DNA of 64,000 nt from Ferruginibacter sp. (GTDB lineage: Bacteria > Bacteroidota > Bacteroidia > Chitinophagales > Chitinophagaceae), in the NCBI GenBank assembly GCA_031429575.1, contig JANOZW010000254.1, positions 9,640-73,639 on the forward strand, read 5' to 3'. This document shows positions 56,302 through 64,000 of the stretch, one piece after another. A model generated the notes under the pieces. That model saw only the letters and a list, made by a program, of their open reading frames with translations. It had not been told where the DNA came from and ran no database searches. The number at the start of each line of letters is the position of its first letter. Positions within the stretch are counted from its first letter, which is position 1. The position numbers were made by a program, and so were the translations under genes.

Positions 56302-56886
56302 ATGCAAGCAATAAAAACGATACAATCAAGGTTTGTTCCGCTTAATATAGAAAACGTGGACACTGATCAAATTATACCTGCACGATTTTTAAAAGGAACA
56401 ACAAGAGATGGTTTTGGTAAAAATTTATTTAGAGATTGGCGTTACATAAATGATGATGAGCAAACACCAAAAGCAGATTTTGTTTTAAACCAACCTGAAT
56501 ACAAAGGGGAGATATTAGTAGCAGGAAAAAATTTTGGTTGTGGCTCATCGAGAGAGCATGCAGCTTGGGCCATAACAGATGCGGGCTTTAAAGTAGTGGT
56601 ATCTAGTTTTTTCGCAGATATTTTTAGAAACAATGCATTGAACAATGGGTTGCTGCCTGTAATTGTGAGCGATGATTTTTTACAAAAAATATTTTCGCAG
56701 AGCAATGATGCAACACTTACAGTTGATGTAGAAAAACAAACGATAAAAATAAATGCAACAAATGACACGGAGACATTTGAAATAAATTCTTATAAAAAAG
56801 CCTGTTTGCTAAATGGGTATGACGATATAGATTATTTATTGGGAATGAAAAATGAGATTGAGGCATTTGAGAAAGAATATGTGTAG
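56302..56886 (+). CDS. leuD: 3-isopropylmalate dehydratase small subunit
   Basis: [25 protein letters not shown]. Confidence 0.97.
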   Translation: MQAIKTIQSRFVPLNIENVDTDQIIPARFLKGTTRDGFGKNLFRDWRYINDDEQTPKADFVLNQPEYKGEILVAGKNFGCGSSREHAAWAITDAGFKVVVSSFFADIFRNNALNNGLLPVIVSDDFLQKIFSQSNDATLTVDVEKQTIKINATNDTETFEINSYKKACLLNGYDDIDYLLGMKNEIEAFEKEYV

Positions 56887-56938
56887 GAATTCGCCTGTGG
56901 CAAATTCTATTGCGAACACGCCACAGGCGTGTTCCTAC
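56883..56938. repeat. GTAG-footed REP doublet
   Basis: GTAGGAATTCGCCTGTGGC...GCCACAGGCGTGTTCCTAC. Confidence 0.85.
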
Positions 56939-56952
56939 GAAAGAAAAACAAC

Positions 56953-58083
56953 ATGCATAAAATAATAAAGGTGAAACATATTACAGTAATAGAAGGAGAT
57001 GGAATTGGACCAGAGGTGGTAGCACAATCCATAAAAGTATTAGATGCTATTGCCAATCGTTTTAATCACAATTTTGATTATACATATGTTTTAATGGGAG
57101 CGGTGGCTATAGATAAAACTGGAAATCCTTTGCCGCAAGAAACGGTGGATGCTTGTATGGCTTCGGATGGGATTTTGTTTGGTGCCATTGGCCATCCAAA
57201 ATATGACAACGACCCAAGCGCAAAAGTAAGGCCTGAACAGGGTTTGCTTGGTTTGAGAAAAGTATTAGAATTGTTTGCAAACATTAGGCCTGTTACAGCC
57301 TACAAAGCATTACAACATTTAAGTCCGCTTAAGACAAGCAATATTGAAGGCGTGGATATGGTAATTTATAGAGAGCTAACAGGTGGGATTTATTTTGGTA
57401 AGAAAGAAATAAACGAAGCAAAAACAATTGCGGTAGATGAATGCAAATACAGCAAAGAAGAAATAGAACGCATTACACATGTAGCATTTAAGGCAGCGCA
57501 GACAAGACGTAAAAAAGTAACACTTATTGATAAAGCAAATGTTTTGGAAACATCAAGATTATGGAGAACAATTGTAAAAGAAATTGCTTTGGAATATGCA
57601 GATGTAGAATTGGATTTTTTGTTTGTGGACAATGCCGCCATGCAAATAATATTAAATCCAAAACAATTTGATGTGATACTAACAGAAAATATGTTTGGCG
57701 ATATTATTAGCGATGAAGCAAGTGTAATAAGTGGCTCATTGGGCATGTTGCCATCTGCATCGCTTGGAAAAAAATATGCACTATTTGAGCCCATTCATGG
57801 CTCCTACCCACAAGCGGCAGGAAAAGATATTGCAAACCCCATTGGGTCTATTTTATCTGCTGCTATGTTGCTAGACCATTTTGAAATGTTTGAAGAAGCA
57901 GCATTAGTAAGAGAAGCAACCAATTGGGCAATAACAAATGGATACATAACAAAAGATATTGATGATGAGAATTTTTATTTCACCTCTACCATTGGCGATA
58001 TAATAAGTGAGTATATAAATAATGCAGAACACGGTAGCGTGAATATTGATAATATTTTATTGAGAAAATCTACGGTAATCTAG
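56953..58083 (+). CDS. leuB: 3-isopropylmalate dehydrogenase
   Basis: GDGIGPEV, RELTGGIYFG, DKANVL, NMFGDIISD, EPIHGSYP; ATG 56953. Confidence 0.96.
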   Translation: MHKIIKVKHITVIEGDGIGPEVVAQSIKVLDAIANRFNHNFDYTYVLMGAVAIDKTGNPLPQETVDACMASDGILFGAIGHPKYDNDPSAKVRPEQGLLGLRKVLELFANIRPVTAYKALQHLSPLKTSNIEGVDMVIYRELTGGIYFGKKEINEAKTIAVDECKYSKEEIERITHVAFKAAQTRRKKVTLIDKANVLETSRLWRTIVKEIALEYADVELDFLFVDNAAMQIILNPKQFDVILTENMFGDIISDEASVISGSLGMLPSASLGKKYALFEPIHGSYPQAAGKDIANPIGSILSAAMLLDHFEMFEEAALVREATNWAITNGYITKDIDDENFYFTSTIGDIISEYINNAEHGSVNIDNILLRKSTVI

Positions 58084-58181
58084 GTGTAGATAAAAGATGA
58101 AAAATGATATACTGTTGAATGGAGCGTCGCCAATGAAGATTAATCAGGGCTCTTCAGCTCGTAAACAAAAAAATTAAACAA

Positions 58182-58241
58182 ATGAAAAATATTATTACAA
58201 AAGTAAAGTTGATTATTAAAACAAATCGAGCGCAGGGATAA
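58182..58241 (+). CDS. Candidate attenuator leader peptide MKNIITKVKLIIKTNRAQG
   Basis: 19 aa with 4 Ile, 1 Val, 1 Leu, 81 nt upstream of ilvE; 3' GCAGGG can pair with CCCTGC of the downstream hairpin. Confidence 0.55.
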   Translation: MKNIITKVKLIIKTNRAQG

Positions 58242-58261
58242 ATTATCTAACAAAAAAGATA

Positions 58262-58293
58262 AAGACCCTGCCTCCACAAAGTAGCAGGGTCTT
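58262..58293 (+). terminator. Hairpin between the leader and ilvE (candidate attenuator terminator)
   Basis: AAGACCCTGC...GCAGGGTCTT 10-bp stem; weak U tract. Confidence 0.5.
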
Positions 58294-58322
58294 ACATTAT
58301 ATAACAAAATAATAAAACGAAT

Positions 58323-59210
58323 ATGTATTTTAACGAGAACACCATTCTTTATTTTAACAACGAGTATGTTTTAGCAGCAGAAGCTAAAACGGGTTTGTTT
58401 GACCAATCGCTTCACTATGGTTATGCAGTATTTGAGGGTATACGATCTTATGCAACAGAAAACGGAACAAAAATTTTTAAGCCTGTAGAACATTTTGAAA
58501 GATTAAAATTTTCTTGTGATAGCGTGGGTATTCCACTTGCATATAACACACAACAAATGATAGATATTTCTTACGAAGTATTGGAAAAAAATAATTTGGA
58601 AGATGCGTATTTGCGTCCACTGGTTTTTTGCCCACCAAATATGAGTTTGCAAAAAGCATCCTCATCTATGTTGATGATAACGGCTTGGAGTTGGGGCGCA
58701 TACCTTGGCGATAAATTAATACGAGTAATGACCTCTTCTTTTCAAAGACCAAACCCAAAAGGTTTTAAAATTCATGCAAAAATTAGTGGGCATTATGTAA
58801 ATTCTATTATGGCTTGTCAAGAAGCAAAAGACAATGGATACGATGAAGCACTTTTGCTAGACATTAATGGCAATGCAGCTGAAGGGCCGGGTGCAAATTT
58901 ATTTATAGAAAAAGATGGAAAATTATTTACGCCGCCATCTACTTTTATTTTACCCGGCATCACTAGAGCAACGGTGATAGAAATATGTGCAGCGCTTGGT
59001 ATAGCTGTAGAAGAAAAAATATTTACGGTTGATGAAATAAAAAATGCGGATAGCGCTTTTTATTGTGGTACAGCTGCGGAAGTTATTGGATGGCAATCAA
59101 TAGATGATTATGTTTTTCCGAAAGCTTGGGATGAGTCGATTGGGAAAATTATACAAGCGGCATATAAGGCAAAGGTGTTGGAGCATGAGTTTAAAATGGA
59201 GTTGGTTTGA
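58323..59210 (+). CDS. ilvE: Branched-chain amino acid aminotransferase
   Basis: LHYGYAVFEGIR, KISGHYVNS, EGPGANLF, ILPGITR, GTAAEV. Confidence 0.95.
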   Translation: MYFNENTILYFNNEYVLAAEAKTGLFDQSLHYGYAVFEGIRSYATENGTKIFKPVEHFERLKFSCDSVGIPLAYNTQQMIDISYEVLEKNNLEDAYLRPLVFCPPNMSLQKASSSMLMITAWSWGAYLGDKLIRVMTSSFQRPNPKGFKIHAKISGHYVNSIMACQEAKDNGYDEALLLDINGNAAEGPGANLFIEKDGKLFTPPSTFILPGITRATVIEICAALGIAVEEKIFTVDEIKNADSAFYCGTAAEVIGWQSIDDYVFPKAWDESIGKIIQAAYKAKVLEHEFKMELV

Positions 59211-59266
59211 TTTAATAAAATATAAAAATGTTTCGTGCGGTTCTATCAATGAGATGTAAAAATTTT

Positions 59267-59400
59267 GAATTGCCCTGCGCTTTAGCGCAGGGATAAATAA
59301 CAAAGTTAAAAGGGCTTTAGCCCGCTATAGCAGACCATTTGGGGCTAAAGCCCCTTTAGGGGAAATGCTTTTATCACCGACCTAAAGGTCAGTGCAATTC
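59267..59400. repeat. 134-bp nested palindromic element
   Basis: 30-nt outer arms GAATTGC..CTTTAG..GATAA / TTATC..CTAAAG..GCAATTC; inner GGGCTTTAGCCC / GGGCTAAAGCCC. Confidence 0.85.
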
Positions 59401-59437
59401 ATAAAGGTCGATGCAATTTATAAACTGGATTAACAAT

Positions 59438-61120
59438 ATGACAGAACTCAATAAATATTCAAAAACAATAACGCAAGATGAAACACAGCCTGCAGCGCAA
59501 GCCATGTTGTATGGCATTGGCTTAACAGAAGATGATTTGAAGAAAGCACAAGTGGGCGTAGTAAGCATGGGCTATGATGGCAATACTTGCAATATGCATT
59601 TGAATGATTTGGCAAAGCTCGTAAAGCAAGGCGTGTGGGAAAATGATTTGGTAGGATTAATTTTTAATACCATTGGCATAAGCGATGGCATAAGCAATGG
59701 CACGGATGGCATGCGTTACAGCTTGGTGAGTAGAGATATTATTGCGGATAGTATTGAAGCGGTTTGTGGTGGATTTTATTATGATGGATTAATTGCATTG
59801 CCAGGTTGCGATAAAAATATGCCTGGTTCTATAATGGCAATGGGTAGGCTGAACCGCCCGTCGATAATGGTTTACGGTGGAACGATAGCAGCAGGAAATT
59901 ATAAAGGAGAAGAATTAAATATCATTTCTTCGTTTGAAGCATTGGGTAAAAAAATTGCTGGTACCATTACGCCCGAAGATTTTAAAGAAGTGATAAAACA
60001 CAGTTGTCCGGGCGCTGGTGCATGCGGCGGAATGTACACAGCCAACACCATGGCAAGCGCTATTGAGGCATTGGGTATGAGTTTGCCTTACTCATCTAGC
60101 AACCCAGCATTGAGCGAAGAAAAGAAAAAAGAATGTTTAGATGCTGGTAAGGCTATAAAATTATTGTTGGAAAAAGACATCAAGCCAAAAGATATCATGA
60201 CACGTAAAGCATTTGAAAATGCAATTACGATTATCATGATTTTTGGTGGAAGTACCAATGCTGTGTTGCATTTAATTGCCATGGCAAAAGCTGTGGATGT
60301 GGAATTGAGTATCGATGATTTTCAAATCATAAGCGATAAAACGCCTGTGCTTGCAGACTTTAAGCCTAGTGGGAAATACTTGATGCAAGAGTTGCATGCG
60401 CATGGTGGTGTGCCAAGTGTAATGAAATATTTATTAGAGAAAGGATTATTGCATGGTGATTGCATGACCGTAACTGGAAAAACGGTAGCAGAAAATTTAA
60501 AAGATATTAAGTTGTTGGATTTTGATGCACAAAAAATAATTTATCCCTTAGAGCAGCCATTAAAAGCCACTGGGCATTTACAAATACTCTATGGCAATCT
60601 TGCAGAAAAAGGAAGTGTAGCAAAAATAAGTGGTAAAGAAGGGGAAAGATTTGAAGGAACGGCAAGGGTGTTTAATGGAGAAAAAGATTTGGTGCAAGGC
60701 ATAAGTAATGGGCGAGTAAAAAAAGGGGATGTAGTAGTTATAAGATACGAAGGACCACGAGGTGCACCTGGCATGCCTGAAATGCTAAAACCTACAAGTG
60801 CCATTACCGGCGCAGGTTTGGGCAAAGATGTAGCACTAATTACTGATGGAAGATTTAGTGGTGGTAGTCATGGTTTTGTGGTTGGGCATATTACACCTGA
60901 GGCATTTAATGGTGGGTTAATAGCACTGGTGGAAGAGGATGATATTATTGAAATAGATATTGCTACAAAAAAAATGACATTAAAAGTGAGTGAGGACATT
61001 ATTGCAGAGCGTAGGAAAATTTGGCAACAACCTGCATTGAAAGTAACAAAAGGTGTATTATATAAATATGCAAATACGGTGAAAGATGCCTCACAAGGTT
61101 GTGTAACAGATGAGGCCTAA
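59438..61120 (+). CDS. ilvD: Dihydroxy-acid dehydratase
   Basis: [45 protein letters not shown]; ATG 59438. Confidence 0.97.
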   Translation: MTELNKYSKTITQDETQPAAQAMLYGIGLTEDDLKKAQVGVVSMGYDGNTCNMHLNDLAKLVKQGVWENDLVGLIFNTIGISDGISNGTDGMRYSLVSRDIIADSIEAVCGGFYYDGLIALPGCDKNMPGSIMAMGRLNRPSIMVYGGTIAAGNYKGEELNIISSFEALGKKIAGTITPEDFKEVIKHSCPGAGACGGMYTANTMASAIEALGMSLPYSSSNPALSEEKKKECLDAGKAIKLLLEKDIKPKDIMTRKAFENAITIIMIFGGSTNAVLHLIAMAKAVDVELSIDDFQIISDKTPVLADFKPSGKYLMQELHAHGGVPSVMKYLLEKGLLHGDCMTVTGKTVAENLKDIKLLDFDAQKIIYPLEQPLKATGHLQILYGNLAEKGSVAKISGKEGERFEGTARVFNGEKDLVQGISNGRVKKGDVVVIRYEGPRGAPGMPEMLKPTSAITGAGLGKDVALITDGRFSGGSHGFVVGHITPEAFNGGLIALVEEDDIIEIDIATKKMTLKVSEDIIAERRKIWQQPALKVTKGVLYKYANTVKDASQGCVTDEA

Positions 61121-61130
61121 AATATTTTTT

Positions 61131-62879
61131 ATGGAAACATTAGAATTAATTGAAGAAAAAATTGACAGTAAGAAGCAGGCTATTTTAAGCGGCGGGCAAG
61201 CTGTGTTAGAAGCTTTCATTGCAGAAAATGTGGATACCATTTTTGGATACCCTGGCGGAGCAATTATGCCAATATATGATGCACTGTACGATTATGCAGA
61301 TAAAGTAAAACATATTCTCGTGCGCCATGAGCAAGGTGCCATACATGCTGCACAAGGCTACGCTCGTGTGAGTGGAAGAATAGGTGTGGTATTTGCAACG
61401 AGTGGGCCTGGTGCTACAAATTTAGTAACAGGTTTAGCAGATGCTATGATAGATAGTACACCTGTTGTATGTATCACTGGGCAAGTGTTTGCGCATTTGT
61501 TGGGTACTGATGCTTTTCAAGAAATTGATGTTATTAATATTACAACGCCTGTTACAAAATGGAACTATCAAGTAACGGATGCTACAGAAATACCTGCTGT
61601 ATTGGCTAAAGCATTTTATATAGCAGGCAGCGGAAGACCTGGGCCAGTGTTGATTGACATTACAAAAAATGCGCAGCTACAACAATTCGAGTATGAAGGC
61701 TACAATAAATGTAATCACATAAGAAGTTATAGACCAAAACCAATTGTACGGAAAGAATATATAGAAGCTGCAGCAGCATTAATAAACAATGCTGAAAAGC
61801 CATTTGTAATTTTTGGGCAAGGTATTATTCTTGGAAATGCAGAAAAAGAATTTATTGAGTTTATTGAAAAAGCTGGTATTCCATCTGCATGGACAATAAT
61901 GGGTATGAGTGCTATTCCTACAGACCATCCACTCGGCGTGGGTATGCTTGGTATGCATGGCAATTATGGACCAAATGTTTTGACGAATGAATGTGATGTA
62001 TTGATTGCAGTTGGAATGCGTTTCGATGATAGAGTTACTGGCAGGTTGGACAAATATGCCAAGCAAGCAAAAATAATTCACCTTGATATAGACCCTTCCG
62101 AAATTGATAAAAATGTAAAAACAACCGTGCCAGTGTGGGGAGATTGTAAAGAAACTTTACCAATGCTTACCGCATTGGTTGAGCAAAAAAAACATGAAGC
62201 TTGGTATAATAAGTTTAAAGAATATCAACAAAAAGAAGAGGAGAAATGCATACTGCCTGAAATGAATCCTACTACGGATGAGATGACAATGGGCGAAGTG
62301 ATAAATGCTTTGAATGAATTAACAAATGGTGAAGCTGTGATTGTAACTGATGTAGGGCAACACCAAATGGTAGCATGCCGATATGCAAAATACAACAATA
62401 GTAAAAGTAATATAACTAGTGGTGGTTTAGGTACAATGGGCTTTGCATTACCAACGGCCATTGGTGCAAAATATGGAGCGCCAAATAAAACTATTATTGC
62501 TATTGCAGGTGATGGTGGTATTCAAATGACGATACAAGAGTTGGGGACGATAATGCAATTTAATGTTGATGTAAAAATATTAATTCTCAATAATCAATTT
62601 CTTGGAATGGTACGCCAATGGCAACAACTGTTTCATGAAAAAAGATATTCGTTTGTAGATATTACAAGTCCTGATTTTGTGCAAGTAGCCAAAGGATATT
62701 ATATAGATGGGCAACGAGTAAGTGAAAGAACAAAATTGAAAGAGGCCCTGCAAACAATGCTCAATCATAAAGGAAGTTATTTTTTAGAAGTGATGGTGGG
62801 TAAAGAAAACAATGTGTTTCCGATGGTACCGCAAGGTAGAGGGGTTTCGGAAATTATTTTGAGTAAGGAAGAGTTGTAA
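61131..62879 (+). CDS. ilvB: Acetolactate synthase large subunit
   Basis: FGYPGGAI, RHEQGA, TSGPGATN, GMLGMHG, GDGGIQM...NNQFLGMVRQWQ; ATG 61131. Confidence 0.97.
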   Translation: METLELIEEKIDSKKQAILSGGQAVLEAFIAENVDTIFGYPGGAIMPIYDALYDYADKVKHILVRHEQGAIHAAQGYARVSGRIGVVFATSGPGATNLVTGLADAMIDSTPVVCITGQVFAHLLGTDAFQEIDVINITTPVTKWNYQVTDATEIPAVLAKAFYIAGSGRPGPVLIDITKNAQLQQFEYEGYNKCNHIRSYRPKPIVRKEYIEAAAALINNAEKPFVIFGQGIILGNAEKEFIEFIEKAGIPSAWTIMGMSAIPTDHPLGVGMLGMHGNYGPNVLTNECDVLIAVGMRFDDRVTGRLDKYAKQAKIIHLDIDPSEIDKNVKTTVPVWGDCKETLPMLTALVEQKKHEAWYNKFKEYQQKEEEKCILPEMNPTTDEMTMGEVINALNELTNGEAVIVTDVGQHQMVACRYAKYNNSKSNITSGGLGTMGFALPTAIGAKYGAPNKTIIAIAGDGGIQMTIQELGTIMQFNVDVKILILNNQFLGMVRQWQQLFHEKRYSFVDITSPDFVQVAKGYYIDGQRVSERTKLKEALQTMLNHKGSYFLEVMVGKENNVFPMVPQGRGVSEIILSKEEL

Positions 62880-62880
62880 G

Positions 62881-62908
62881 GCCCCCTAAATCCCCCGCAG
62901 GGGGACTT
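62881..62908 (+). repeat. REP, left of ilvN
   Basis: GCCCCCTAAATCCCCCGCAGGGGGACTT. Confidence 0.85.
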
Positions 62909-62936
62909 GCCCACGTAGTAGATTAAAATATAGATT

Positions 62937-63527
62937 ATGCAAAAACAAGAATTCACCATAACCGTTTATACCGAAAACCAAATTGGTTTACTCGTTCGTA
63001 TCGCTATTATTTTTTCTCGTAGAAAAATAAATATTGATAGTTTAAATACCTCGCCAAGTGAAATTGAAAGTGTGCATCGTTTTACCATTGTAATAAACGA
63101 AACAGAAGAAGTAGTAAGAAAATTGTGCAGACAAATAGAAAAGCAAGTAGAAGTTTTAAAAACATATTACAACAACAACGATGAAATAGTGTGGCAAGAA
63201 TTGGCTTTGTACAAAGTGCCTACAGATATAATTGCAGAGCAAGTGCAGGTAGAAAGATTATTGAGTCAGCATGGCGCAAAAGCTGTCGTTATAAGAAAAG
63301 ATTATACCGTTTTTGAAGTAGCAGGACACAGAGAAGAAACAGATAATTTAATAAAAGTATTAGAGCCTTTTGGCTTAATAGAATTTGTGCGCAGTGCAAG
63401 AATAGCTATCATAAAAAATAGTGAAGGCTTTCATAAAAAATTAAAAGAGTTTGAATATAGAGAACCGGGCGAGGCTACAATAGAGAACGAATTTTTGAAT
63501 CAGAACGAAGAAGTCTTCTCCATGTAG
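62937..63527 (+). CDS. ilvN: Acetolactate synthase small (ACT) subunit
   Basis: ENQIGLLVRIAIIFSRRKINIDSL, IEFVRSARIAI. Confidence 0.95.
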   Translation: MQKQEFTITVYTENQIGLLVRIAIIFSRRKINIDSLNTSPSEIESVHRFTIVINETEEVVRKLCRQIEKQVEVLKTYYNNNDEIVWQELALYKVPTDIIAEQVQVERLLSQHGAKAVVIRKDYTVFEVAGHREETDNLIKVLEPFGLIEFVRSARIAIIKNSEGFHKKLKEFEYREPGEATIENEFLNQNEEVFSM

Positions 63528-63554
63528 CAGTTGGCAATGGGCAGTTGGCATAGG
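63527..63554 (+). repeat. 7-mer array x4 at the ilvN stop
   Basis: GCAGTTG GCAATGG GCAGTTG GCATAGG. Confidence 0.7.
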
Positions 63555-63637
63555 GTTTATAATGAAACCGAAAATCATAAAAAAAAGCTTTTTGACGACT
63601 AAAAATAAAAAACCAATTCAATAATCACAAAGTTCAC

Positions 63638-63665
63638 AAGTCCCCCTTCGGGGGATTTAGGGGGC
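63638..63665 (-). repeat. REP, right of ilvN (inverted copy, 27/28 identical)
   Basis: Reverse complement GCCCCCTAAATCCCCCGAAGGGGGACTT. Confidence 0.85.
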
Positions 63666-63679
63666 TACAATTAAATACA

Positions 63680-64000
63680 ATGGCAAATTATTTCAACAGC
63701 TTACCACTTAGAGAACAACTAAATCAACTTGCAGTATGCGAGTTTATGAACAGCAGCGAATTTACAAATGGTGTAGATGCACTCAAAGGATTAAAAATGG
63801 TAATCGTAGGTTGTGGCGCACAAGGCTTAAACCAAGGTTTAAATTTAAGAGACTCTGGTTTAGATGTTTCGTATACATTACGCAGTGAAGCTATAACAGA
63901 AAAAAGAGCATCATGGAAAAATGCCACAGATAATAATTTTGTAGTGGGCACGTACGAAGAACTCATTCCTTCTGCTGATTTGGTGTTGAACCTAACACCA
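63680..64000 (+). CDS. ilvC: Ketol-acid reductoisomerase (long-form type), 5' part; runs off the window end
   Basis: [17 protein letters not shown]...[20 protein letters not shown]...[13 protein letters not shown]. Confidence 0.95.
   Translation, partial: MANYFNSLPLREQLNQLAVCEFMNSSEFTNGVDALKGLKMVIVGCGAQGLNQGLNLRDSGLDVSYTLRSEAITEKRASWKNATDNNFVVGTYEELIPSADLVLNLTP

Noticed and set aside
56929-56952. Track start of leuB
   Set aside because: GTG lies within the REP; ATG 56953 preferred

Overview
AT-rich chromosomal segment from a Bacteroidota organism, most consistent with Chitinophagaceae (TAnnTTTG -7 promoter boxes, T9SS cargo genes, alternative complex III, futalosine MqnC, fused E1 dehydrogenase). 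Housekeeping content: actA/actB, purN, purF, mqnC, pepD, tRNA-Ile(CAT), two ECF sigma/anti-sigma modules and a leuACDB-ilvEDBNC operon. The most novel-looking locus is a tightly packed minus-strand operon (24237->20655). It encodes a lipoprotein, an Lgt paralog, a Tes/GDGT-MAS(MJ0619)-like radical SAM enzyme and three small paralogous membrane peptides, each ending in a lipobox-like TM helix + Cys + 6-9 aa tail; this is a candidate ribosomal lipopeptide/lipid-crosslinking system. Other highlights: a 2978-aa adhesin with no visible T9SS CTD that shares an unnamed ~150-aa domain with two downstream CTD-bearing genes; a divergent DNA-damage cluster with a CTAA-N5-TTAG box, two QxxLF clamp-like tails and a Lys->Arg UmuD; a nonsense-disrupted RAYT between GTAG-footed direct repeats; several REP families; 7/8-mer arrays at stop codons and in-frame inside a gene; and a candidate Ile/Val/Leu leader peptide before ilvE. 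No CRISPR, rRNA or integrase was seen. All family assignments are from motif recognition by eye, not database searches.
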